Positions 12,030 through 24,492 of a stretch of DNA of 64,000 bases are shown in pieces. This DNA comes from Octopus bimaculoides. Its lineage: Eukaryota. The stretch is from the NCBI RefSeq assembly GCF_001194135.2, contig NC_068984.1, positions 133,039,495 through 133,103,494 of the forward strand, written 5' to 3'. The stretch's first letter is position 1. The number at the start of each line of letters is the position of its first letter. The notes under the pieces were generated by a model. The model was not told where the DNA came from. It worked only from the letters and a program-made list of their open reading frames with translations, and did not search any database. The translations under genes were made by a program, and so were the position numbers.

Positions 12030-12190
12030 TCTGCACTGGGTATTGAAATACCAGTTGTATGGTTTGATTTCATTGTGGCTACAAGGATATTTATTATATA
12101 TCGTCTGTACTGGCTATTGAAATACCTTGTTAAGTTGTGTGGTTCAGATGTACAGGGATATTTATTATTTGTCTGCTGCATTAGGTATTA
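11810..12190. repeat. Diverged minisatellite, ~5 units of ~70-100 bp
   Basis: The unit TTCAGATTTCATTGTGGCTACAAGGATATTTATTATATATC..CTGCACTGGGTATTGAAATACC recurs at ~11810, 11890, 11961, 12061 and 12143. Confidence 0.85.
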
Positions 12191-12995
12191 TTTGCAACCT
12201 GCTGAATTACAATCTCTGTTACAATAGTAATATTCACTGTGCACTAAAATCTGGCTTTGATCTTGAACTAGATCAGTTTACCTTACTCCACTCCTACCAA
12301 TGGAAAAGACACCAATGGCTATTACAACTTCCCATTTTGCAGATAATTTTAGGTTTATGGTTTTGTGTGTGTGTGTTTGTGAGAAGCCAGTGTAATATAT
12401 TTTTTAGCTGGTGGCACACTTAATACAATATGTGTTTGTGCATGTATGCATGTGTGTACATACTGACTGACACAAACATACACCTTCGTATTGAAAATTT
12501 AACAACCTGTACAAGTCTTTGAATTAATGGATTTATCTTCTGGTTTGCCACTGAAGATTGCTGTGAATGAAAAACTCTGGTGAACACACACGTTTATGGT
12601 TTTTATTTAGTGAAAATGGAGAAAGTTAGTATGTTATTTTTTATAACCGTCTAGATTAAGAGATTTGGAACCTAAGAGGGTAGGGGCAGTGTGACAGGTT
12701 TTTAATATCGACTTTTTCAATTTAGTAGCAGAGATTTTATGGCTAAGGTGAAAGTTTTGTAAGCATGTAATATCTGGAATGAAAGAACTGAGAGCGTGCT
12801 TAGCAATGGTAATAACAATAGAAGTAAGGCTATTGAACAGGTTTTCTTTGAGTTGGTATAATAGAGCCCTGCAAGTTCAGAGAAACAGAGGCTGCTATTG
12901 TAGTGAGAGAAAACTTAATAAGAAGCACGCCTTAATGGTTGACCTGCAATTGTATGATGTTAGTGATTGTATTTCTTTCCTCGTATATGTGTAGA

Positions 12996-13090
12996 CAGTA
13001 ATCCCTTGACTATCACGGGTGTTATTTTCCAAAATCCCCCGCAATAGGTGAAAATCCACGAAGTAGAAACAATACTGTACTGTAATATAG
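12996..13090 (+). mobile_element. pogo/Tigger-like terminal fragment
   Basis: CAGTAATCCCTTGACTATCACGGG...CCCCGCAATAGGTGAAAATCCACGAAGTAG resembles Tigger-type MITE termini (CAGT start). No partner end was found. Confidence 0.45.
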
Positions 13091-14621
13091 TTTTAGAGGT
13101 TATTTCAGACAGATTGAGCAACAGAGTAGAACCTGTCTCTGTGGTTCAGTATGCTGTGCTTTTAGACGCAACATATTTGTTCTACAATCAATGTTCTGTA
13201 CTTCTGGGTATAGAATATATTACATTGCTGTGATAGTATTTTCACCTTGTTTTGGAAGTAGTTCTTCCTATGCTACTAGTCCCATCTAACAGCAAGCTGT
13301 CTCCACTGTAAATGATCAACAGTGGTGTTTTCAGACACTTGCTATTCAACATTAACCTGTTGATCTCATCATGTTTCCTCAGTCTTCCTCTCTTTCAGTT
13401 TGCATTTCGAAGAATCCACTATGGAGCTAAGATCATCTTGTGGATAGTGTATTGGGTTACCTACCCATCTTCATTTAATGTCTGTTTTCCATGCTAGCAT
13501 GGGTTAGACGGTTTGACCAAAGATGGTGGACTAAAGGGGTTCACACCAGGCTCCATTATCTGTTCTGGCATGGTTTCTTTCTATGACTGGATGCCCGTCT
13601 TAATGCCAATCACTTTACAGAGTGTACCCTTTTGTCATATATTTGAATCTGTATTTTTTTTTTGTCTCTTTAGGTAGAACACTTTTATTCTGCATTAACA
13701 CAGTTCACATAGCTGTTAAATAAAAAGGTACTAGATTATCTGGCTATGTTACCTGCAATAGGCTAAAATCCTATCACAGGAGAGATTTACCTTTCATGTG
13801 CTTCACACTTGGAAGCTAGAGTTAAATACCAGCTCTTAGCTAAGCTTCAAAGATGGAGGAGGTACTTACATCTACAGGCTCAAGCCCCTCATGCTGTGGT
13901 GCTTGTGATTTGGAAATTGTACCATGAGGCCCAATGAATTCTTCTGTTCCTCTATCAACACTTGAACATAGATATCCTCCATTCCACCCACATTTCACAG
14001 TTAAATGATTAATAGGAGGAAGAAAGCAAACTCTATAAACGTCTCATATTTGTAATCTAGTTAGGAAAAGTAAATATAAAATACACAACAAAAAATATTC
14101 TAATGTATCACCATCACTCACTCAGCTCTCCTTTTTATCTTTAGAATACTTTCTCTAGATTATCTTCAATAAATTCTGTTATGGTTTCCTATGAACTTTC
14201 TTCTCAGAGTTTAAATCCATTTCCCCCATTTCTGGCATGCAATAAATGTTATTCAAAGTTTTGAATTTCTACATTAGTAAATGTTAAACATTCTTTTTGC
14301 TGTTAATTGCTCTTTTTTTACACTAATTACATCACCATGAAATAGCATTGACTACTAACTTTCATGTAGAGATTTTAATTTAATTTAATTTTTTTTTTTT
14401 TTCCATTTTAATGACTTCGTCAGAAGTGGAAAGTCTATGCTCATTACAGTTTATACAAAGCCTCTGAAACTTTAAAGACAAAGAGAAGAAAGCATGAATC
14501 GTGGATTGCTACAGCTGAAAACAGCACATTGAGGTGTTGAGTGTTGTCTCACTGGAGATGTGAGTCAACAATGTGGGCTTTGATAAAGATGTCAAAGGGC
14601 CATGTTGTGGTGTTCAACAAA

Positions 14622-15016
14622 TTGTTGTTGTTGTTGTTGGCACTCCGTCGCTTATGACGTCGAGGGTTATAGTTGATCCGATCAGCGGAACAGCCTGCTC
14701 GTGAAATTAACGTGCAAGTGGCTGAGCGCTCCACAGACATGTGTACCCTTAACGTAGTTTTCGGGGATATTCAGCATGACACAGTGTGACAAGGCTGACC
14801 CTTTGAATTACAGGTACAACAGAGACAGGAAGTAAGAGTGAGAGAAAGTTGTGGTGGAAGAGTACAGCAGGGTTCACCACCACCTCCTGCCGGAACCCCG
14901 TGGAGCTTTAGGTGTTTTCACTCAATAAACACTCACAACGCTCGGTCTGGGAATCGAAACCGCGGTCTTATGACCGCGAGTCCACTGCCCTAACCACTGG
15001 GCCATTGCGCCTACAC
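14622..15016 (-). mobile_element. Full-length young tRNA-derived SINE (family F) with (CAA)n tail and 11-bp TSD
   Basis: Minus-strand head AGGCGCAATGGCCCAGTGGTTAGGGCAG...GGTTTCGATTCC (A and B boxes). TSD TGTTCAACAAA at 14611-14621 and 15017-15027. CpGs are retained. Confidence 0.9.
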
Positions 15017-16819
15017 TGTTCAACAAAGCAAAGGGTTAAATCTACCATCCAGGAAAAGTTACAGTCATCCAACAGGTTTCTGTATTGTTTCCATCAGCCT
15101 ACATTCACAAGGCTTGGTTTGATCTGAGACTTTGGTAGAAAGCACTTGAGCAAAGTGTTGCATACTAGAATCCAAACCAGATTAGAAAATAAAATTTTTA
15201 ACAACATGGTTATTACTTAAGGACACAACATAAATCCATGTAGCCAAGAGTCCAACAGTTTAAGCACTTCATTACAGAATGCAACATAATCTACTTAACC
15301 AGGAGTTTGATACTTTTAGCCACTTAGCTGCTTTGCCATTGTGCTCTTATTGTTTTGAACTCCCTCACAAAAATGCAGAATTCATGAATCTAATGGCTTA
15401 AGTAGAACTTGGCCTAAACTATCATCATTGTTTTTAATGTCCTCTGTGCTTCAAGAGTAAGTTTGAGAGAGCAGGAGACTAGCAGAGGTCTACAGGAAAT
15501 TTCTCTTTAAATCTGGAGCCACTAACTTGAGTATCCTGTCTCAGTGTAACCATATGTGCTGAATATTAACTGCAAATTATTTCTTTTATGACGATGATGA
15601 TAGGTTTTTTTAAAAAATATTTTTTATAAAGGATGAAAATTGTTTGAAACTTGGTTTCTTTTCTTTGTTTAGCTAAATGAATGTCTTCCCATCTACATCC
15701 TTTCCTTAACAGACAACATTGTCCATCAACTCACATTTCTCATATCAAATGATCTGTCTCCGTCCATAAATTCAGAATGCTACATGAGTAAAGACACCTT
15801 TCAGAGCAAACAAGCAATAATAATAATACAAACAGATCTTCTACACTGGACACATTTATGGAATTTCTACCTACTCTTTTTCTGAGCATGGCCATTTCCC
15901 TTAGAATAGCACAATCCTAGCTTCTTTTCTACTTACTAAAACTTTCATGTATGCTAAGTTTAATTTAAGACCTTTCAGTTCTATGTTTTTCTTCCATGTA
16001 TAGAATTTCTCCAAATCTTCTATAGATTTTGCTGTAAGGATTAAGTAAAGTCCTCAAAGGCAGCAAATCTTAAACCCCTCTGTTATGGCTTGGAGAACTA
16101 TAATAAATATAAGTAATGGCTAAGAACCAAGTCCTGATGGACTCCTACTTGAATGCTAAGATCATTGCTGGCTCTTAACCATTTCACTATAACCTCTTCA
16201 ATAAATATATGTGTGTGTGTGTGTCTATGTAAATTTACACACCACACACGCATGAGTGTGTTTGTGTGTGAGTTTGCATTGACATGGTTTTTGGCACCAG
16301 TGATGTTAGTTTATGTCTCTCATAAATGATCTGACTTATGAAGACTATTAGAATAAATTAACTGACTTTAAAACAACTTAGGGTTGACATCAAGAAAGGC
16401 GTCTGACTAGAATGCTGCCTCAAGAAATTTTATTCAACTCATGGAAAAAACAGACGTAAAACAAAATAATGACTATAGATATACAACACTGAATAACGTT
16501 AGAGATATTAAAATAAGATTGCATTGTTTCCATTTTAGCTCTAACTACCTCAAGTTTACTTTAAATTATATTCACCTTGGTTAACAATTATTAAAGAATT
16601 GAAACATTTCTTTACTCAATACTTATTGTTCATCACCAAATGTCTGTATGCTATTTAACTGAGTTTTTCCTTGACAGTAACATTTGATACTTTTAATTTC
16701 CTGTAGATATCATTTCAATTCAGAAATGAATAATATGAACCTGTATTTTGTATTATTATTATTTTTTTTTAATATATATATCAAGTGAGCCTATCTAATA
16801 ATATTATGTTACATTTCAA

Positions 16820-17016
16820 GGTGGCAAGCTAGGAGAAATGCTTAGCAACATTTCGTTCATCTTTACATTCTGAGTTCAAATTCTGCTGCAATTGATTTTG
16901 CCTATCTTTTGAGGGTTGATAAAATAAATACTAGTTGAGCACTGGAGTTGATGTAATTGACTTACCCACTTCCCTGAAATTGCTGGGTTTTTTTGCTAAA
17001 ATTTGAAACCAATATT
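16820..17016 (+). mobile_element. tRNA-derived SINE family A (core GGTCGACTTTGCCTTTCATCCTTTCGGGGTCGATAAA), aged copy
   Basis: Matches the head, core and tail of many copies in the window (e.g. 21725-21950, 23715-23850, 33620-33830, 44935-45125, 61205-61420). Confidence 0.8.
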
Positions 17017-17179
17017 ACATTTCATTCCTTGCAATACTTGTTTGCTTCCATTGTTCAGTGATAATGCAACATTATCATGTCTTTGAAGGCTAACTAAAGC
17101 TTGTCCTTTACCTAGCTTACACTAGTAGTAAACTTTCAGCAAGCCAAGTTCATAACTTAGTTGTTCATCCTTGGTTGAA

Positions 17180-17893
17180 GCCATTTGACTTCATAGATGT
17201 TGTTGTGACTTCAGAGAAAAGCACGAGCATCAGACAATCTTATTTAGTGTCCCCTATAAATCTGAAGACTTGTGTTTTAAGAAATCAATTCATCTTTAAA
17301 TATGTTCATGTGAGTTTAGATCTTTTTAACCTTTCACTGACATCTAGTAGTTATATTAACACAGTTATAGCTGCATCATTGACTGTTTCAGCATAGTAAC
17401 AAAACTTATCTATTATCTATACACTCTTTCCATATAGATTAAGTTCACTGTCTGCTCTTGCAGTAAGCTTTAAACACTTAAACTGTTGATGCACACCATT
17501 AGACTACCAGAGATATCTGAATGTTTTTGTATTACTTAAAAAGTATTCCTCCTCCACCAGACTCAGGAAAAAAAAAGACCCTGCTTCTATTAGGTTGAAA
17601 GTGTCTGCAGTTTATGTCACTTCAGATTTTGCCAGGTCTACTGAGAAATCTTTCAGTTTCAAGCAAAATGAAATGCAGCGAGTGTCAATGTGAGATGCAA
17701 CCAGATGACTGTGAAACCATACAGCATTGTATTGATCTTCTGTGTGCTCCACTACATTTTCAAAGAAATCTATTTCATTAAGCAAGATCAATCTATAATT
17801 GCCTAAAACTATTAAAACAGAGAACAACCACTGTTGCTTACTTTATTTTTAATATTTTCACCTTTGATATTCCACACTACCAAAGTTGAATGG
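17180..17893 (-). mobile_element. Possible fossil LINE (RTE-like) APE endonuclease
   Basis: Ordered weak motifs on the minus strand: STLVVWNIKG; LGNYRLILLNEIDFFE...YNAVW; IGD (17249-17257); SNG (17180-17188). The order matches the APE endonuclease. Stops and frameshifts are present. Confidence 0.3.
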
Positions 17894-19854
17894 TTCTGTA
17901 AATTTACAGAATGTCTGAGCTGTAGGAGCAAGAGTTTTCCAGGAAACACCACAAAATATGGTATGCAGACATGTGTAGCTTGTGTAATATACAGGAACAC
18001 CACTGAAGACAATGCATTTGTATATTATATCAAAGGAGGAGAGGTATTGCTCATAATCTTTGCTGTTCTTCTTACACTGATGAGATTGAAGCAGTTGATG
18101 TTTAGCTTAAACATTTGTGAATTAAAAATTTGCAGGGAAAATGTGGACAAAGATGGAATTTAAGATGGGCTGCAGTTTTTTGGCAGTATTTAGTGCTAAA
18201 TCTAGTAGAACTACAGTGAGGGTGATGGGTGGTTATGGGTAAGGAAGTAATGAAGCTAACTTGTTCAGAAGAGCTGGGGCTCTTGTTGTAATAGTGACAG
18301 AAGAGGCACAGAAAAGGAAGAATGCATCTGTGAACTGTAGAGTATTGGTGGGTAATTCATTACCAGTTTGTCATCGGGCTTCTTCTTTTTTGTGGTGGTG
18401 CTGGTGGCGGTGGCAGCAGCAGTTAATTCCTTGGATGTCTGTGTGCAGCCACAGTCCCAGCCCTTTTAGTAGTACTCCAATAAGTATCTTATGTGAACCC
18501 AGTAGGGGGCAGTGGCAATACCAGACTTGAAACTTAGTCTCATGCTTATTGAGTAAGTATAGCCTTTCAGCTCTACATTAGCAACGTTGGACTATTTTGT
18601 AATAATAAATTTTTCACTCTAATACTACTGCTTTTATACTGTTTACGAGATCACAACTCCTACCAAACTACTGAAATCCTTGTTTTGGAACGTAGGTCTG
18701 ATAAGCTTGCATCTTTTAATGCATTCACTCACACTCTTTTATCAGCTCTATATCACTATCAATTTCATATTTTTATCAATAACACTTCAAAAAAACATTA
18801 CATTTCTCAAATTATTAGATCAAGGTATCACTGGCTGCATGTAACTAATTTCTCAGGAGACATTTCTTTTTTTTTTTTTTTTGCTGTGTGTTCTATTTGC
18901 ATCTCAGCTGTGAAGTTCTTTTTCTAAATTTCTCAATGAACTACTAACAAGTGGCAAATTGCAGAGGCATTAGACTGTTGACGGAAATGCTTTGTGACAT
19001 TTTAGCTCCTTATATTCTGATTTCAGATCCTGCCAAAGTCAACTTTGCTCTTGATCCTTCAGGGGTTAGTAAATAAAGTACAATCTAGGGCTTTTTAACT
19101 GATGGAATTGTTAGAATGTGAAATGTGATTCATGACTGTATTTCTTCTGGTTCTTTGCAATCAGAGTTCAAATCCCTCTTTGGCCTTCTTGAACTTATTC
19201 CATTACCTGCTTTAACACTACCACTTCACTTTTGAGTGCTTTTACTGCTTGATTTCACTCTGTTGCAAGCATTCAGGCCAGATCTCCTGTTTGAGAGCGC
19301 TTTCTCCCTTCCTCACACAAGTTTCAGAGGCACTGAAAAGTATCAGAAAGACTGCTCTTTCCCTGACCAAGCAATAAAAAAAAATGTCAGAGTTTCCATA
19401 AAATAGAATTATATTGTAGATGATATTGGTTTTCATAAACCTCACTATATTTAATCAATCAAAAACCTAGAAAGATTGTTGGTGTGCAGAAAGAGATCAA
19501 TCTCCTTCCTCCATCCTTCCTGAATCTCAACCAGCCTCATGTTCTCCACTGTCTTCACCCTTGAGAAAAATCAAGGGAAGATGTAATCATTTTTTGTCTT
19601 AGGTCCCAACCAATCATGTATGGTATTCAAGTTTTGGTGCCTCATTTATTTCATATAACCCATCAGCATCTACATCCACTCCCGGTGTCATTATTGGTTT
19701 TTGTGTTAATACTTTAGAACTTCCCAATATCTAACTTATATAGCAACATTCTCACTATATTCTGATAAATCATATAAATACTTCAGGGTATTTTAAATGG
19801 AGGGTTTTTTTGGTTTTTTTTTATAGAGCTAGTATGGTTAAAACAGGACAAACA

Positions 19855-19897
19855 AATTATAATGTCTAATTATAATGTCTAATTATAATGTCTAATT
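19855..19897. repeat. 13-bp tandem repeat AATTATAATGTCT x3
   Basis: Perfect copies at 19855, 19868 and 19881. Confidence 0.95.
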
Positions 19898-20224
19898 TAG
19901 GGGTGCAGTAACAAGCTTTCTCTGTTGTAATCAGCTGTTGTTGACTACTGATAGGTACATGGTTCTAGTCCAAACAGTTGGCTGTCTTAAATAGTTGATT
20001 ATAATATGTAACATCATTTACATTGAAATCGTAGTAGTTGTTCATAACTTACGTTGATAACATTCTAATTGATTTACGTTGTCACAGACCACAATTAATG
20101 TACCTGCTCTTATGGTTATCCCCAGTCAATGTTAAACTTGATTAAATATACTATGCATAGAGGTGGGGTGGTCAAGTGGATGAAGTATTATTATAAATCA
20201 TGTGTTCAAATACATTTTATTTTA

Positions 20225-20346
20225 TTTCTAGGAAGATTGGAGCCTGGTGTTGCCATCCGGTTTCACCAGTCCTCAGTCAAATCGTCCAACCCATGCTAGC
20301 ATGGAAAGCGGATGTTAAACGATGATGATGATGATGATGATGATGA
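20225..20346 (+). mobile_element. 5'-truncated family D retroposon ending in (GAT)n
   Basis: GATTGGAGCCTGGTG...CAACCCATGCTAGCATGGAAAGCGGATGTTAAACGATGATGAT, the reverse complement of the 45.7 and 56.5 kb copies. Confidence 0.85.
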
Positions 20347-20434
20347 AGTACACTATTCTACATACTTACAGTTCACCTAGACATTGCTAGGCATAGATAC
20401 AAGGTGTTCTGTAAATTAGCTGTCCAGTTCACCT

Positions 20435-20609
20435 CTGGCAGCATGGCTTAGAAGCTTGCTTCCCAAACCATGTGCTCTCAGCTTCAGTCCCACTGCACAG
20501 CATCCTGGGCAAATATCTTCTAATATAGTTCTGGGATGATCAAAGCTTTGTGAGTGGATTTGACAGACAGAAACTGAAAGAAGCCCATTGTGTGTGTGTG
20601 TGTGTGTGT
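20435..20609 (+). mobile_element. tRNA-derived CORE-like SINE family B
   Basis: AGAAGCTTGCTTCCCAAACCATG...TTCAGTCCCACTG...GGGCAA..TCTTC...GTGAGTGGATTTG..AGACAGAAACTGAAAGAAGCCC + (TG)n. Other copies at 23515-23640(-), 27960-28105(-), 32010-32180, 39225-39400, 39775-39940(-), 40700-40890, 54915-55025(-), 56850-56975(-), 58125-58290(-) and 62670-62800. Confidence 0.85.
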
Positions 20610-20902
20610 NNNNNNNNNNNNNNNNNNNNNNNNNNNNNNNTATATATATATATATATATATATATATCACATCACATAATGGTTGTAAATGGGCAGCATC
20701 ATCATCATACAAGTGGAATTTTTGATTCCAATATTCCAGGAAAAACGTGTCTAGCTAAGGAGAAATATTACCTTGCTTGGAAACAGGTGAGGATTAACAA
20801 CAGGAAGGGCATTCTGCTGTAGAAAATCTACCTCAACAAATTCCATCTAACTCATGGGAGCATGAAAAAGTGAGCATTAAATGACAGTGATTAATGATGA
20901 TA

Positions 20903-21119
20903 TGAGTGAATGCTGAAAAGTTCTTGGCTTTGGGTATAAGAAAATACAGGAGGATCAGTTAATTATGATTTTATTCAATATATTCCCCTCTCAGATTCAC
21001 ACACTTATTGCAGTGGTCCTTCAGTTTTTCTAAGCCCTGTAAAAGAACTCGGAAGGTTGGGCCTCCAACCAGACCTTTCGCGATAATCTTAAAGCCAGAA
21101 ACTTTTTAGCACCCTTTCG
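20903..21119. mobile_element. Tc1/mariner-type MITE
   Basis: TIRs ..TGCTGAAAAGTTCTTGGCTTT / AAAGCCAGAAACTTTTTAGCACC.., with TA at the left flank. A second copy is at 47406-47623. Confidence 0.8.
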
Positions 21120-21724
21120 TGTATATAATAGGCTTATTTCAGTCTAGCAAAAATGATTATTATTATTAATATTAGCAACAGATTGGCAGAATTAGTACAT
21201 CAGCAGATAAAATACCTGTGGAATTCTATTATGTCTTTTCATGTTCTGAATTCAAATCCCACTGGAGTCAACCATACCTTTCATGCTTTCGAAGTCAATA
21301 AAATTAAGTGCCATTGAAGAACTGTGATCAGTTAAATTGATCTCACACCACCACTTGAAATTTATGGGTTTTGTGCTGCTATTTGAAATTATTATCTTTT
21401 ATTTTGTTAATCTTATTTTCATTGTGTTCTTTTTACTGCATAACTGTCTAGTTTTGTCTGTCTCAGGTACTCTGTCTCAGGTACATGCAGTGTATTGTTT
21501 TGTATCCATGTTTTTCTCTTGCCTCACAAGTACTCAATGTAATATGTGTGCAGTGCCAGGTAATACTATGTTGTGTATGTGTGTAAGACCTGGGATTATG
21601 ATTATGTATTATTGGTCTTTATCATTTTGTTTGTTTCTCTCTTTTTTCTTTTTATCAGATTATTGTTATTGTTGGAGCTTTAGACACAGTGCTTTGCAAT
21701 ATTTATACTACTACTATAAGGCAG

Positions 21725-22238
21725 CCAGCTGGCATAATTATTACTGTGCTGGGCAAAATGCTTAGCGGCATTTTGTCTGTCTTTATGTCGTGAGTTCAAA
21801 TTCTGCCATGTCAACTTTGCCTTTCATCCTTTCAGGGTTGATAAAATAAGTACCATTTGAGCTCTGGGGGTTGATGTAATTGACTTAACCGCACACCACC
21901 ATCAAGAAAATGCTAGCCTTGTTCCAGAATCTGAAACAAATATTTATGCTATTACTATGATGTGATGAACTGGCAGAATCGTTACCGCGCCAAGTAAAAT
22001 GCTTAGCGGCATTTCATCTGTATGTTCTGAGTTCAAACGCTGCTGAGGTCACCTTTATCTTTCATCTTATAATTGATTATACTGGTCCCAATTTTTAACT
22101 GGTACTTATTTTATTGATCGCAAAAGGATGAAAGGCAAAATCAACCTTGGGCGAATTTGAATTCAGAACGTAAAGAGCAGGAAAAAATGGTGTGAAGCAC
22201 TGTGTTCAACATGCTAATGATTCTCCCAGATTGCTGCC

Positions 22239-22282
<44 letters not shown>

Positions 22283-22515
22283 CCTTTCTACTATAGGCAC
22301 AAGGCCTGAAATTTGGGAAAGGAGGATAGTCAATTACATTGACCCCAGTACTCAACTGGCACACATTTTATCACCCCACCCCACCCCACCCCACCCCACT
22401 CCGAAAGGGTGAAAGGCAAAGTTGACCTTGGCAGAATTTGAACTCAGAACGTGCAGACAGATGAAATGTCACTAAGTATTTATCCCGGCATGCTAATGAT
22501 TCTGCCAGCTCACCA
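21725..22515. mobile_element. Cluster of four family A SINE copies (+,+,-,-) with an (AAT)n tail at 22241-22281
   Basis: Copies at ~21725-21950(+), 21965-22070(+, partial), 22080-22240(-) and 22283-22515(-). Confidence 0.85.
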
Positions 22516-23269
22516 CAGCCACAAAAACTAGTTCAGTTACACACCTGTTCAAATTGGTATGATTTCAGTATTTATATATAATGTATATGATTTCTCCTCA
22601 AAAAGTTTACACTGAATGAAACGGTGTTAATGACAAAAGTCACATTTGCTAAGATCTTGGACCTAATTTTGAACAATGTTATTGTGTCTAGAGATTTCTG
22701 GACACACTTAACATTACATTGGTAATATAAATATCACTGCAGTACTTATTGCTGGCCTCTTGTGCTCTGTGATATCTGTTTACACTAACGTTGCAACAGA
22801 CAGCTGATGTTTCCTTACTAAATGACATTGCTGTCAGGTACAGACAGTTTATTTTAGGTGTTTGTTCTATTATTACACACTTTGACTTTGTTGGAACTAA
22901 ACAAGAAATGCTCTTAAAAAAAAAAAAAAAAATCAGGTTATTAAGTGGCTGTTTTGGCTTTGGGATCTATAATAGATTTATGTATTTATAATGTCCATAT
23001 TTTTTTCTTCTTTTGTTGATTGCAATCTCCAAGAACAAGTTATTGTCAAACATGAAATTATCTACATGTATACATGATGAAGCTTCCATATCCTCACAGC
23101 AAGAAATTTTTGAATAATTTGACGTAGTAACTGTCGATTCTGAATTCAAATCCTATTTTGATCACCTTCACCTATTTGTCTTTTATAAGTTAACCCTTTT
23201 CTTGTCCAAAGCATTTTCATAAGTTTCAGACTTTTGGTTAGCTCTTGTTTTAGACATTCTGAGTAATCT

Positions 23270-23480
23270 CCTTTACTCTTTTACTTGTTTCAGTCATTTG
23301 ACTGCGGCCATGCTGGAGCACCACCTTTATAGTTGATCAAATCGACCCCAGAGCTTATTCTTTGTAAGCCTAGTACTTATTCTATCGGTTCCTTTTGCCG
23401 AACCGCTAAGTTACGGGGACATAAACACACCAGCATCAAGCGATGTTGGGGGGACAAACACAGACACACAAACATATACA
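23270..23480 (+). mobile_element. Interspersed repeat family C (TTTACTCTTTTACTTGTTTCAGTCATTTGACTGCGGCCATGCTGGAGCACC...)
   Basis: Recurs at ~32190-32410, 32955-33240, 39400-39600, 56280-56490 and 62800-62975, usually adjoining family B or microsatellites. Confidence 0.85.
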
Positions 23481-24114
23481 CACACATACATATATATATA
23501 TATATACATATATATACGACGGGCTTCTTTCAGTTTCCGTCTACCAAATCCACTCACAAGGCTTTGGTCGGCCCGAGGCTATAGTAGAAGACACTTGCCC
23601 AAGGTGCCACGCAGTGGGACTGAACCCAGGACCATGTGGTTGATGGATGCCAGGAAATATGTTATGTGTATCATGTGATGCACAGGACAGGTACAGCATT
23701 AATATAAAAACTACCTCAAATTCCGCCAAGGTCGACTTTACCTTTCATCCTTTTGGGGTCGATAAATTAAGTACCAGTTGCGTACCGGGGTCGATCTAAT
23801 CAACTGGCCTCCTCCCCAAAAATTTCAGGCCTTGTGCCTAGAGTAGAAAAAAACAAAAATCTGCCTGAAGAGAAACAAATAGGAGAATCAATTAAATGAA
23901 CTTCTCTTGAGATTATTGATGGCTGCCTTCTTTTATTTTCATTAGAAAAAAAAAAGAATCTCTAGTTTTAATCATACAAAGTCTACTTACAGTTAAAGGA
24001 AGGCTTAGAGTAAGAAGTATTAAATGATGGTTAATACTGGTAATTTGTATAAATAAATTCAAAGATCCAATCTCTATTGATGTGACAGTGCTACTGCTGA
24101 TGATAATTATAATA

Positions 24115-24492
24115 ATTATGGCTTCAAATTTTGGCACAAGGCCAACAAGATTTAGGGGAGGGGGTAAATTGATTACAATGCCACCAGTACTTGAGTGGTA
24201 CTTTTATTTTATTGATTCTCATAATGATGAATGGCAATATCCATCTTGGCAGAATTTGAATTCAGAACATAAATAACAACAACAATATAGGCACAAGGCC
24301 TGAAATTTGGGGAGAGGGGGTGGCAGTCGATTACATTGATCCCAGTATGCAACTGGTACTCAATTTATCAACCCCCAAAAGGATGAAAAGCAAAGTTGAC
24401 CTTGGTGGAATTTGAACTCAGAACGTAGCGGCAGACAAAATACTGCTAAGCATTTCACCCGGCATGCTAACGATTCTACCATCTCGCTACTT
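24115..24492 (-). mobile_element. Two tandem family A SINE copies
   Basis: Minus-strand copies at ~24115-24270 (partial) and 24285-24492. Confidence 0.8.

Noticed and set aside
11810-12190. Repeat-spacer appearance resembling a CRISPR array
   Set aside because: Units are contiguous diverged tandem copies with no unique spacers, the context is eukaryotic and there are no cas genes.
14940-15012. tRNA-like sequences at SINE heads (also 23.6, 36.8, 44.35 and 52.6 kb)
   Set aside because: They have A/B boxes but no complete cloverleaf and run directly into SINE bodies, so they are not tRNA genes.
17834-18163. 109-aa Cys-containing ORF with a hydrophobic segment, resembling a receptor fragment
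   Set aside because: Non-ATG start, no recognisable domain, and the opposite strand shows LINE endonuclease-like motifs. Not called as a CDS.
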